The notes: generated by a model from the letters alone, not told the origin. A DNA stretch of 64,000 nt from Bdellovibrionales bacterium (GCA_965242515.1 OZ251448.1:1300692-1364691), one strand, 5' to 3'; counted from the stretch's first letter, positions 30,113 to 39,057 are shown. Numbers and translations are program-made.

Positions 30113-31186
30113 ATGGGAGCTAATACTTTTGGAACGCATTTTCAAATAAGCACTTTTGGTGAAAGCCATGGTCGGGCTTTAGGCGTGGTGATTGAGGGTT
30201 GCCCTGCGGGTGTGCCTTTTTCTTGGAAACTACTCAATCAAAAAATGCTTTTAAGACGACCTGGTAGATTTGCTTGGATGTCCGCTAGAAAAGAGCCTGA
30301 TAAACCAGAACTATTAAGTGGTGTGTTTGAAGGTAAAACCTTAGGCACTCCACTTGCTTTAATTGTGCGTAATCAAGACCAAAAAGAAAAAGACTATGAT
30401 CTTATTAAAAATAAAAGTCGCACGGGACATGCCGATGATGTATGGAAACAAAAATTTCAGCACACAGATCATAGAGGCGGGGGAAGGGCTTCTGGTAGAG
30501 AAACTGTTAGTCGCGTTATGGGTGGAGCTGTGGCACAAATGTTTGTAGAACAAGTGGCAAAAATTCAAGTACAGGGTTTTCCTTTGCAAATAGGACCTTT
30601 TCAAAACGAAGATAAAGATTTATCTGTTATTTCAAAAAAAAATTGGTTTGGCTCTCAAACAAAAAAAATAGAGCAGTTTCTCATAAAAGCTAAAAAAAAA
30701 GGCGAAAGCTATGGAGGTACAATAAAGCTTGTGATTAAAAATGTAACAGCAGGATTGGGGCAGCCTGTATTTCGTAAATTAAAATCCGATTTTACCGCAG
30801 GCTTTATGAGTATTGGTGCATGCTACGGAGTATCTTTAGGAGAAAAAGAAGAAGAAGAAGAAGAAGTAAAACAGGTACCAACCCCCCAAACCCTTGGTGC
30901 AAAAAATCAAAATACTATTGATATAAGCTTAAAAGAAGGAAGCATGTTTCACACACACAATGACAGCCCAGTTTATGGAGGTATTAGAGGGGGTATTTCT
31001 ACCGGTCAAGATATTGTGTTGACACTAAAATTTAAACCTCCATCTAGTGTGAAAAAAATAGCTCAAACAGGTCGCCATGACCCTTGTATTGTACCACGAG
31101 CTGTGAGTGTGGTAGAGGCTACGGCTTGGCTCATACTGGCAGATCATATTTTGTGGTCACGGTTAGATTGTGTATCATCATCTTAA
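30113..31186 (+). CDS. aroC: chorismate synthase
   Basis: FGESHGRALGVVIEGCPAG, RTGHAD and GRHDPCIVPRA motifs. Poly-Glu insertion GEKEEEEEEVKQ. Confidence 0.9.
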   Translation: MGANTFGTHFQISTFGESHGRALGVVIEGCPAGVPFSWKLLNQKMLLRRPGRFAWMSARKEPDKPELLSGVFEGKTLGTPLALIVRNQDQKEKDYDLIKNKSRTGHADDVWKQKFQHTDHRGGGRASGRETVSRVMGGAVAQMFVEQVAKIQVQGFPLQIGPFQNEDKDLSVISKKNWFGSQTKKIEQFLIKAKKKGESYGGTIKLVIKNVTAGLGQPVFRKLKSDFTAGFMSIGACYGVSLGEKEEEEEEVKQVPTPQTLGAKNQNTIDISLKEGSMFHTHNDSPVYGGIRGGISTGQDIVLTLKFKPPSSVKKIAQTGRHDPCIVPRAVSVVEATAWLILADHILWSRLDCVSSS

Positions 31187-31267
31187 AAAAACTAGACTAA
31201 ATGCTTAATTTAGTTAAAAATTTATATAGATTTTAAAACTTTTTTAAAATATTATTAAAGCTTAGCA

Positions 31268-31933
31268 ATGAACGATTTAAAACAATTTTATTGTGTGATT
31301 TTGTTTGCAAGTTTAAGTGTGTTTTGTCTTAGTGCTTGCAATAGGGCTTGGATGAGACCTCCACCGGGAGGCTATCCTCCAGCAACTCCACAAAACCCAC
31401 CCATCGGAGTGCAGGCTCAACCTATGAACTTAGGTGCTTATACTACTTGTAACTTGTACGCACAACGAGTAAGAAGCCTCGGAGGGCAGGTAGGTGCTGG
31501 GCAGCAATTTCAACAAGGGCAGCAATTTCAACAGGGGCAACAACCCTTTCAACAAGGGCAAAGGCAGTGGTTTGCTTCAGGGTTTAGTGTATTTAATTTA
31601 TCCTTAGGATCTTTAGGTAGAGATAGTTTTGTGCTGAATCAGGTGCCTCCTGGAGGGCGAAACATAGGTGTAGGAACATTGCAACCACCTGTTGGGCAAC
31701 AACCTTTCGCAGGTCTTCAAGCAGGGCTTGGAAGAACCGTTGTGTGTAACAATCCTCATACTTGTTTATGTGCTAATAATCAGTTTTTTATTGATAGGAT
31801 GCCTAACGGGCAAGTGCTTTATAGCTGTATAGAGCTACCAACAGCCAGAATAGAAAATCAAAATGTTTATCTCCAGGGTGGGGGTGGAGTTATTAAATTT
31901 GCCCTTCCTGCTACTATTTGTAATCAACGATAA
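31268..31933 (+). CDS. hypothetical Gln-rich lipoprotein
   Basis: Lipobox-like LSVFCLSAC. Repeat GQQFQQGQQFQQGQQPFQQGQ. Cys-containing C-terminal half. Confidence 0.5.
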   Translation: MNDLKQFYCVILFASLSVFCLSACNRAWMRPPPGGYPPATPQNPPIGVQAQPMNLGAYTTCNLYAQRVRSLGGQVGAGQQFQQGQQFQQGQQPFQQGQRQWFASGFSVFNLSLGSLGRDSFVLNQVPPGGRNIGVGTLQPPVGQQPFAGLQAGLGRTVVCNNPHTCLCANNQFFIDRMPNGQVLYSCIELPTARIENQNVYLQGGGGVIKFALPATICNQR

Positions 31934-32011
31934 TTAAGTTCTTAAACTTTTTTTGTTCACTCGTTGTTTTTCAATCATTTGAGTTATTTTTTTAGTGTAT
32001 GAGCCAAAAAA

Positions 32012-32614
32012 TTAGCCAGCAGATAAAATAGCAATCAATACAGCTATAAATGATTTTTTAACATACCCCCAGTAGCTTAATGAGTGGCAATAGTACTTGT
32101 TTTTAATAAAAGCAATAGATATTTGCTTAGGAGAGCTTTTTGGAGGTAAGTATTTAATAAGCTCTGGATTGCGGTTAATGGTTTTAAGGTTATCTTTAGT
32201 AAAAGGCATTTGATAAGCACTTTCAAACCTTTTAGGTGTTATATGTAAAGCATAGCCAGAATGTAAAAATACCTCTTTTTTGTTTGTAGAATAAGAATGA
32301 TTTGTAGACTGAGATAAATCTAATTTAAAAAATTCATAATTAAAGTCTCTATTGTGTTCTTTATAAACAGTGAGTATGTGATGACCTTCATCATAAGTTT
32401 TATAAAGTGTGTTGTGATAGCCAAGGTCCACTTTACGCCCCTTTTGGGTTTGGATAATAACCGGCATTGTATCAAAACTGGAAGTTCTTTTATCTTCGTA
32501 AAAATGGCAATAATATCTTTTTATTATGTTCTCATTAGCACTACAGGCTATAAAGTTAAAAAGACAAATAACACTTAGTAAAAAAAATAAGTGTGTGTTG
32601 TTAAAATATTTCAT
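32012..32614 (-). CDS. hypothetical lipoprotein with C-terminal TM
   Basis: Lipobox-like LFNFIACS. C-terminal hydrophobic FIAVLIAILSAG. Confidence 0.5.
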   Translation of the reverse strand: MKYFNNTHLFFLLSVICLFNFIACSANENIIKRYYCHFYEDKRTSSFDTMPVIIQTQKGRKVDLGYHNTLYKTYDEGHHILTVYKEHNRDFNYEFFKLDLSQSTNHSYSTNKKEVFLHSGYALHITPKRFESAYQMPFTKDNLKTINRNPELIKYLPPKSSPKQISIAFIKNKYYCHSLSYWGYVKKSFIAVLIAILSAG

Positions 32615-32842
32615 CCTTATTGCATCCTTATAATAATATCCCTAATAATAACATATTACTATAAGTAAGACTTAAAAAATTATTATTAGATTTTTTTTAA
32701 CTTTCTCACTATTTTTCGGATTATTTAACTATAAACTTAAATTTTTTTAGCCCTTGAGGGGTTTTTTGTAAAATTATAAGGCTTTAGTTAAATAGGTAAT
32801 TTAAAATAAGTTATTTTAATGCGATTTTTAGAAAGCTTGTGA

Positions 32843-32857
32843 GTGTAAAAATTACAT
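32843..32857. promoter_or_regulatory. degenerate copy of the GTGTAAA..TTTACAC motif
   Basis: GTGTAAAAATTACAT, 112 bp upstream of the ATG at 32969. Confidence 0.2.
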
Positions 32858-32968
32858 CAATAAAAGCTTTAATAAGTAAAAACTTGAATATTTTTTTAGT
32901 TTTTGGTAAGTATAATTCGTAAAATTTGTAATTTTTTGTAAAAAATTTAAAAAAAAGGAGGATTTAAG

Positions 32969-33460
32969 ATGTTTAATTTTAGATTTATTATAAAATACAT
33001 TATTGTTTTTATTACTTTCGGCTATGGTTTGTGTGCCACAGCTCACCATTTTGCAGACCCTTACCTTGAGCTTTGTGCGTCTATTCGTAGGCTTTCTAGA
33101 AATACGATACCGCTTGATATTTTTATCTCTGGTCTTTCTAATAGGCAAAGAAAAATGGTGTTTGGGGTATCTATTAATGATGATGAAGCAGTAGTTCAAG
33201 TTCCAGGTAAAAGCAAGGTTTATCTTAATGGTAGATCGGGGCAAGAGACTTTTGTTGAAGAGTATTTTAAAGGTCATGTCATTTTGGCTTATTATTATTG
33301 GAAGGAAGTTTTATCTGAAAAAGAATTTACTGCGTTAGGCTGGCAAGAGCCAAGTGAAGAAGAAATGAATAAAAATAACGATTCTAAACAAGCTGTACAA
33401 GAAAGATTGCGTAAACACTTAACGAAACTTATTATTGATAAAAATAAAGGTTGTTTTTAG
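32969..33460 (+). CDS. hypothetical secreted protein
   Basis: Strong SD AAAGGAGG 7 nt before the ATG. Hydrophobic N-terminus IIVFITFGYGLCATA. Confidence 0.5.
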   Translation: MFNFRFIIKYIIVFITFGYGLCATAHHFADPYLELCASIRRLSRNTIPLDIFISGLSNRQRKMVFGVSINDDEAVVQVPGKSKVYLNGRSGQETFVEEYFKGHVILAYYYWKEVLSEKEFTALGWQEPSEEEMNKNNDSKQAVQERLRKHLTKLIIDKNKGCF

Positions 33461-33510
33461 TTATTCGTATATTTAGATGGCATAAACTTTAAAAAAGTAA
33501 AAAAATGCTT

Positions 33511-33551
33511 GACCATACTCCTAATTTATTGAATAAATTAGGAGTATGGTC
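33511..33551. promoter_or_regulatory. perfect 41-bp palindrome (20-bp arms) covering SD and ATG of the ATPase gene
   Basis: GACCATACTCCTAATTTATT-G-AATAAATTAGGAGTATGGTC. The right arm contains AGGAG and the ATG at 33546. The left arm contains the complementary CTCCT. Confidence 0.6.
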
Positions 33552-34709
33552 CAGAGGTATCAAAATTTAAAAACTCGCCAAAGCTTTTTTTTATTTGGTG
33601 CAAGGGGTACGGGCAAATCTACTTTGTTAAAGCATATTAGCCCTAAAAAACATGTTTTATGGGTGGATTTATTAAATTACCGTCAAGAGAAAGTCCTTTT
33701 AAAAAACCCTGATCAATTATCTTATTTTATTGCTTCAGGTAACTATAAAACAGTTGTGATTGATGAGGTTCAAAAAGTCCCTAAATTGTTAGACATTATT
33801 CATAAAGAAATAGCTCATAATCCTAAGCTACAATTTATGATAACTGGTTCTAGTGCCAGAAAGTTAAAAAGAGGGAAAGCTAATTTATTAGCGGGCAGGG
33901 CTGTTACTTATTATTTATATCCTTTATCATTTTTTGAGTGGGGTAAAAACTTTTGTTTGACAGAGTATCTGCAATTTGGAGGTCTGCCTCGGTTATTATC
34001 GTTAAAGTCTAGAAAAGAAAAAACACTTTTTTTAGAAAGTTATGTGCAAACCTATTTAAAAGAGGAAATCTTACAGGAACAAGTAATAAGACAAGTTCCT
34101 CCTTTTAAGAATTTTTTAGAGATTGTAGCTCAACTGAATGGGGATACGATTAACTACTCTAAATTTTCAAGAGAAATAGGAGTGGATTATAAAACAATTC
34201 AAAATTATTTTTTTATTTTGGAAGATACTTTAGTAGGATTTTTTTTACCAGCTTTTGCTTTATCTATTAGAAAACAATATCAAAAAGCACCTAAATTTTA
34301 CTTATTTGACTTAGGGGTTAAAAAAGCATTAGAAAATACTATTCATATACCTGTTAGAAGTAGCACTTTTGCTTTCGGTAAAGCGTTTGAACATTTTATT
34401 TTATTAGAATGTTATAAACTTAATCATTATTTGAGAAAACGGCAAAAGTTTTTTTATTATAAAACATCAAATGGTTTAGAAATTGATTTAATTATCACGC
34501 AAGCTAAGAAAAAAGATATTTTAGTAGAAATTAAATCCACAGATGAAATAAGAACAGAACACATTAAAACAATTAAAAACTTAAGTCGTAATTGGAACAG
34601 ACCTTATCAAGCACAAATTTGGTCATTAGATGAAGATGAAAAAACCATTCAAGGTGTAAGATGTATGTACTGGCAAACAGCTCTTAAGAAATTATACAAT
34701 TTAAGGTAA
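33546..34709 (+). CDS. AAA+ ATPase (AAA_14 + DUF4143 architecture)
   Basis: Walker A GARGTGKSTLL and Walker B VVIDEVQK. Size and C-terminal half are typical of COG1373-type ATPases. Confidence 0.8.
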   Translation: MVQRYQNLKTRQSFFLFGARGTGKSTLLKHISPKKHVLWVDLLNYRQEKVLLKNPDQLSYFIASGNYKTVVIDEVQKVPKLLDIIHKEIAHNPKLQFMITGSSARKLKRGKANLLAGRAVTYYLYPLSFFEWGKNFCLTEYLQFGGLPRLLSLKSRKEKTLFLESYVQTYLKEEILQEQVIRQVPPFKNFLEIVAQLNGDTINYSKFSREIGVDYKTIQNYFFILEDTLVGFFLPAFALSIRKQYQKAPKFYLFDLGVKKALENTIHIPVRSSTFAFGKAFEHFILLECYKLNHYLRKRQKFFYYKTSNGLEIDLIITQAKKKDILVEIKSTDEIRTEHIKTIKNLSRNWNRPYQAQIWSLDEDEKTIQGVRCMYWQTALKKLYNLR

Positions 34710-34957
34710 TGGATTATCTCAAAAATAACCTTCTATTGAGATGGAGCATTTGCATAAAGGTTATAGAGGAGTTAAACTTATATGTTTTAGAAATAGCTAT
34801 TTCATTTCTGATAATCTTTTTATCCCAAAGACTTTATTGAGTATCACTATCATGGACACCCATATCACCACTAGCAGATACTATCTCTAAAGAACTTTTT
34901 GTTTTTACATTGTATCTTGATCTTGAGGTTCACCATCAGGAGCAGGAACAAAAAAAC

Positions 34958-35031
34958 TACATGGTATGGACATATTTTTGTCCAAAAGTGGGCATTTTTA
35001 TTATCAGCATTGTTTCTATAGCCGTTTTTGC
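34958..35031. repeat. orphan fragment of the Rpn-gene leader
   Basis: ctacatggtatggacatatttttgtccaaaagtgggcatttttattatcagcattgtttctatagccgtttttgc matches the leaders at 38181-38329 (reverse complement) and 58657-58805. Confidence 0.7.
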
Positions 35032-35135
35032 AAAGTCTCTTCTTATATAGTGAGAAAACCAAGTGGGAAAAATTTTATTTGAGAGGCACGAAGCAGGAGG
35101 GGTAATTTTTTTGTGAGATAATTAAACTTCTTTTA

Positions 35136-35247
35136 GGGAAAAACCAAGCTCAAAAGCTCGGGACTCCGCGGTTTGCTACAAAGCGTTAAGCTTTCAGCTT
35201 ACCGCATTGTATCAAATCCGAACTCGTTTTGAGCATGGTTTTTCCCC
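35136..35247. repeat. hairpin element family H (about 105-112 bp, terminal inverted repeats), inverted copy
   Basis: GGGAAAAACCAAGCTCAAAAGCTCG...CGAACTCGTTTTGAGCATGGTTTTTCCCC. It is the reverse complement of the copies at 44092 and 45753. It is nested inside further inverted repeats (35049-35113 versus 35322-35415). Confidence 0.75.
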
Positions 35248-35503
35248 TTTAAAGTATGTAATTCTCAGTTTGAGAAATTATATAGTAATATTGATAAGCA
35301 TAAGAGATCAAATTGGTTTTCTCACTATTTAACAAAGGAGGGAAAGGGAATTTTTTTTGGGTCCAAGCCCCCAAAGGGGGTCGCAGGCGTCCCACAAAAA
35401 AATTACCACTCCTGCTTTATTAAATACTAATATATTGTGGTAAATCGCAGTCCAAAACTTCCCGTATGGGAAAAAGCCTTCTCGTGACGGGCTTATGATG
35501 TGT

Positions 35504-35568
35504 GCCGAACAAACCAGCATATTAAGGGCTGGTAGTCTTTACCCCAAGACTTTAACCAGCTCTTTTTT
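35504..35568. repeat. 65-bp module shared by the 3' flanks of two genes
   Basis: gccgaacaaaccagcatattaagggctggtagtctttaccccaagactttaaccagctctttttt ends 5 nt from the stop of 35573-36169. A near-identical copy lies at 38458-38523. Confidence 0.8.
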
Positions 35569-35572
35569 ATTT

Positions 35573-36169
35573 TTAGTGGACACTGCCAGAGCCACCTTGC
35601 CGAACCCGTCTAGGAGTATTTTCAATATAATCAGGTGAGGATAAACTTCGCCCTATAGCTTGGCTAGTTAAGCGTGCTTCTGCTTTTTTTAACTGCTTAT
35701 TTATTTCTTTATCTTCAAAGACTTTTGTACTACTTGCTTGTTGTATCTTAGAAAAACCTAGCTGGTGAGCCTTATCTTTTATTTCTTGTAAGCTCATCTT
35801 CTCTATACCGTTCGCAAGGTTCATTATCTTTTTTCTTCTGATATTCAATCTATTTCTATTGTAACTATCTAAAGCGGATTTTTTTGATAGGTTGCTTGCC
35901 TCTATTAAAAAACCTACTGCTCTTTGTTTAGCATCCCTACTGTTTTCATTCATAAGCTCTGTATATCTTGTAGTCAAAGACAAAGACCTTTTAGAGCTTT
36001 TATTTGAACTTACCCACAATTTTTCAGATTCTCTTCCTAGTCTTGCTATTTCTACTTGCAAAATCTTATAAGCTTCTTTTTTATCTCTAGCTTTATCAAT
36101 AAAACTCCCTAGTGCAGGGTTTCCATACAAAACAGCAAAACAAGTTGCTAAATAAATAAGATTTTTCAT
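35573..36169 (-). CDS. hypothetical secreted helical protein
   Basis: Signal peptide MKNLIYLATCFAVLYGNPALG. Charged helical remainder. Confidence 0.5.
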   Translation of the reverse strand: MKNLIYLATCFAVLYGNPALGSFIDKARDKKEAYKILQVEIARLGRESEKLWVSSNKSSKRSLSLTTRYTELMNENSRDAKQRAVGFLIEASNLSKKSALDSYNRNRLNIRRKKIMNLANGIEKMSLQEIKDKAHQLGFSKIQQASSTKVFEDKEINKQLKKAEARLTSQAIGRSLSSPDYIENTPRRVRQGGSGSVH

Positions 36170-36333
36170 TTTAAACTCCTTTGTTAAGGGTTAATAAAAG
36201 GGGCAATATACAAAAGGTATCGGCAGACTCAAAAAAACCTTTAGCCTTTTTTTATTCTTTTTTTTTAAGTGTCTAAAAATCATACAGTTTAGTTTATTAG
36301 TGATGGTAAAGCCTCGCAAAACAAGGTTTAAAG

Positions 36334-36397
36334 GCAAAAAAAAGCCTTCTCGTGACGGGCTTTTAAGAAATATGAGGTAGTTTAAGAAAGCCCGAAT
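36334..36397. repeat. 64-bp block identical to 39114-39177
   Basis: ggcaaaaaaaagccttctcgtgacgggcttttaagaaatatgaggtagtttaagaaagcccgaa. It contains the small hairpin AGCC-N10-GGGCT, also seen at 35474-35494. Confidence 0.8.
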
Positions 36398-36623
36398 GTT
36401 TGAGGGGTTTTTACACCAACTCTTTTCAGGCTATTAAATAAAAAGATTGAAAGCCTGAATGTAGAGAAGATATAACTTTTTTACCCTTGGCTTGAAGATC
36501 TATACATATACTGCATATCAGCCTCTAGCTGGTTTAATTCTTTGTCACTAAGAATGTTTTTGGCATTAGTACTGTATTGTCAAAATAAAAGTATGAGCAG
36601 AAAAAGTACAAGGTTATGACAAC

Positions 36624-37007
36624 TTAAGCGGTTTTGTTTTGTAAAAGTAATAAAATAATACCAATCATTTTATCTTTATCTTTTGGGTTACTTTCTGCTA
36701 TCAAAAGTGTTAAACTTGTTAGAGCATTAGGTGTAAGGCTTGAGGGCAAACAGTTTGCTTTCTTTAAAAACCACACAAAAGCAAAGGCACCGCTTCGCTT
36801 ATTGCCATCTGTGAAGGGATGATTTTTAACCATAAAGTATAAAAGGTGAGCTACTTTATCTTCCAAAGATGGATACAGGTCTTGGTTATTAAAAGATTGA
36901 AAAATATTACTTGTAATAGCTACTACAGCATCTTTTGTTCTTTCTTGTCCGAATAAGTTGGTGGCTTGTTTTTTGGCTAAAAGATTTTGTTTTAATTTAA
37001 GGTTCAA
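36624..37007 (-). CDS. Fic/Doc-family protein fragment (Doc/RhuM-like C-terminal domain)
   Basis: Motif HPFTDGNKRSG (HxFxDGNKR, Doc-type). Only a TTG start, no partner ORF upstream, and probably 5'-truncated. Confidence 0.55.
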   Translation of the reverse strand: MNLKLKQNLLAKKQATNLFGQERTKDAVVAITSNIFQSFNNQDLYPSLEDKVAHLLYFMVKNHPFTDGNKRSGAFAFVWFLKKANCLPSSLTPNALTSLTLLIAESNPKDKDKMIGIILLLLQNKTA

Positions 37008-37053
37008 AATAACTTTAGTTGACTCTGGATGGATTTAACTTATTGTTATTATT

Positions 37054-37146
37054 ATGAAAAATAAGTATTTTGTTCGTTCCCATATTTCTGAGAAGAAATT
37101 TCGCCAAATTATTAAGTTTTTTTCAAGTTTTTGCTGGTTTTTGTAA
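37054..37146 (+). pseudogene. possible N-terminal remnant of an IS1595-like transposase
   Basis: The 30-aa ORF MKNKYFVRSHISEKKFRQIIKFF... resembles N-termini I recall for ISXO2/IS1595-type transposases. From memory only. Confidence 0.25.
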
Positions 37147-37175
37147 GAACATACCTTCTCGGGTCGGGCTGAAAC

Positions 37176-38180
37176 TTATAAGTGCTTTTTTTGTAGCTTT
37201 TTGATTTCTGCTTCTGAAAGCCCAGTCACCTCTGAAATAAGCGGAATATCTAGGTTTTTTTGAAACATGTTCGCAATCACCTGTCGTTCTCTTTCTTGCC
37301 TGCCTTTTAGCTCGCCCTCTTGCCTGCCTTCTTCTTTGCCTTTTTGCATGCCAGCAAGCATACCTTCTGCTTTTGCCTCATCTAATGAATATTGTAATAA
37401 AGGTGTCATAATTCTTTCCTCCTTATCTGTTATTGTTTTAGCCTCTATTTCTCGTGCTACATTAAAACTAAAATTCGGATCATATTTTCTCATATAATCC
37501 GCAGCTCGCCCTACTAACTCTCCCCTCTCCTCATAACTTAACTCCTGCCCTAATGTAAATAACTCCCGAACTTTAAGCTCATCTAACCTCCATATATGCT
37601 TTAATATATACAAAATAGGACGAGTTAGCAACCCTTTTGCCTCTTTTTCTATATCTAAAGCTTGTATGTTTAATAACCGTGGAGTGAAATTTAATACATT
37701 TTGCTTAAAATGCTTATTTAATACAGAAGTCCAGTGTAAAAACTTATGAAAGCTTAAAGGTCCTGTGTACTCCTTGTGCTTACCCTGGTACACTAATACT
37801 GGGATAATAGGACAGTTATTACTCTCATACATACTGGCTTGGTACATTAACATCTGTTGCATAACTTTAGGATCTTGCCAGCTTTTATGCTCTAACAAAA
37901 AAAGAAGCTTTATTTTTTCATCAGAGCCTTTAGTTTGTACTGAAAAGGTTAAGTCCATGCGGTTTTCTCTTCCTTGTTTGTTAAAAAAGGTAGTTTGTTC
38001 ACAAGTGAGGGTATCCCAGTTAAAAAGATTGTATTCTGATTTAGTTAAAATCAGACGGAATATGTCCAAAGCATACTTAGTGTGAGAATACACTTCTCTA
38101 AAGAACAGATCATGTATAAATTGCTTAATTTGCTTAAATTTAGTTTTCATAATGTTATCTCCATCATAGATATTACTCAT
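37176..38180 (-). CDS. Rpn-family (YhgA-like) PD-(D/E)XK recombination-promoting nuclease / putative transposase
   Basis: RMDLTFSV...KIKLLFLLEHKSWQD core. C-terminal EGRQEGELKGRQERE repeat and LSEAEIKKLQ helix. A paralogous copy lies at 58806-59802. Confidence 0.8.
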   Translation of the reverse strand: MSNIYDGDNIMKTKFKQIKQFIHDLFFREVYSHTKYALDIFRLILTKSEYNLFNWDTLTCEQTTFFNKQGRENRMDLTFSVQTKGSDEKIKLLFLLEHKSWQDPKVMQQMLMYQASMYESNNCPIIPVLVYQGKHKEYTGPLSFHKFLHWTSVLNKHFKQNVLNFTPRLLNIQALDIEKEAKGLLTRPILYILKHIWRLDELKVRELFTLGQELSYEERGELVGRAADYMRKYDPNFSFNVAREIEAKTITDKEERIMTPLLQYSLDEAKAEGMLAGMQKGKEEGRQEGELKGRQERERQVIANMFQKNLDIPLISEVTGLSEAEIKKLQKKHL

Positions 38181-38329
38181 TTTGTACCATTAAAAAATGG
38201 TATCTGCATAAGTTACATGCAAAATAGAGTCCACCCTAAAAGTAAGCTTTTGAGTTAGTGCTTGAGGCAAAAATAGCTATAAAAACAACCCTGATACTAA
38301 AAAAGCCCACTTTTGGACAAAAATGTGTA
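38181..38329 (-). repeat. conserved leader of Rpn gene copy A
   Basis: The reverse complement matches 58657-58805 almost base for base (acacatttttgtccaaaagtggg...ccattttttaatggtacaaaATG). Confidence 0.8.
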
Positions 38330-38457
38330 CATACCATGTACATTTTTTTGTACACTTTTTCATAAATGCACATTTTTGGCATAAAACATGAGATTGGTAT
38401 AAAGTAAAAAAAATCTTAAGCACAAGGCTTTTTAACTCAAAGTTTGTGTGGGAGTAC

Positions 38458-38523
38458 GCCGAACAAATCAGCATATTAAGGGCTGGTAGTCTTTACCCCG
38501 AGACTTTAACCAGCTCTTTTTTT
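38458..38523. repeat. second copy of the 65-bp 3'-flank module
   Basis: gccgaacaaatcagcatattaagggctggtagtctttaccccgagactttaaccagctcttttttt ends 2 nt from the stop of 38525-38893. Confidence 0.8.
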
Positions 38524-38524
38524 A

Positions 38525-38893
38525 TTATTCTTTTATGGCTTGATTGTTAGTATCATTATTTTTTTTAAATATTCTTCTACATAAACTAATCGGTTTTAAT
38601 GCATCTTTGACTGATATTCCTTTTTTCTTTGCAACATATTTAGCTAAAACTATACCTCCAACTACTGCCCCACCTACTGCCCCACCTATCCCTAACATTT
38701 TTAGGTCTCTTTCTATTTCTTTGTCTTCTTGATTTTGTGGTTTTCTGTTTTCTTCGTTTTCGTCACTTTCGTCGCTTTCCTCTATTATTACAGTGCGGGC
38801 AGTTAATCTTGCAAGTAGTGTCCAAAAAAGAGCATGTGCGTTTTTAGGAATATTTAAACTCACGATTAAAAATAAACTAAGTAAGTATTTCAT
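38525..38893 (-). CDS. small hypothetical membrane/secreted protein
   Basis: Signal-like MKYLLSLFLIVSLNIPKNAHA, an acidic stretch, and a Gly-rich TM GIGGAVGGAVVGGIVLAKYV. Confidence 0.5.
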   Translation of the reverse strand: MKYLLSLFLIVSLNIPKNAHALFWTLLARLTARTVIIEESDESDENEENRKPQNQEDKEIERDLKMLGIGGAVGGAVVGGIVLAKYVAKKKGISVKDALKPISLCRRIFKKNNDTNNQAIKE

Positions 38894-38987
38894 AATAACC
38901 TCCTCCTTTTTTTATTAATACCTTATTTTTCTATATCCTAGGGTTAAAAATGTAGCAAATTTATTTTCAATTTAAGCCTTTTGGTGG

Positions 38988-39002
38988 GTGTAAAATTTAC
39001 AC
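38988..39002. promoter_or_regulatory. palindromic motif GTGTAAA-A-TTTACAC, candidate operator
   Basis: Identical to 20878-20892. It lies 95 bp upstream of the minus-strand ATG at 38893. Confidence 0.3.
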
Positions 39003-39057
39003 TAAATTTTTAAATCCAGCTATTTTGCGTACATAGCCATTACCAGCGTACATAGTC

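Noticed and set aside
4231-30604. Short antisense ORFs inside conserved genes (for example 4231-4560, 4825-5217, 11911-12132, 13073-13270, 14887-15147, 16419-16676, 19739-19957, 20205-20513, 25193-25390, 25754-25945, 27473-27655, 30359-30604)
   Set aside because: Each is nested in, or antisense to, a gene with strong family motifs. There is no independent support.
32852-33277. Minus-strand ORF 32852-33277 (141 aa)
   Set aside because: It overlaps the plus-strand ORF 32969-33460, which has a strong AAAGGAGG SD and a signal-like N-terminus. The minus-strand product is Lys/Asn/Phe low-complexity, as is typical of AT-rich non-coding frames.
34871-35520. Small ORFs in repeat or leader DNA (34871-35062, 35329-35520, 38277-38474, 58746-58946, 59963-60166)
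   Set aside because: They lie in duplicated non-coding leaders or mosaic repeats. They lack SD sequences and are not conserved as reading frames between the repeat copies.
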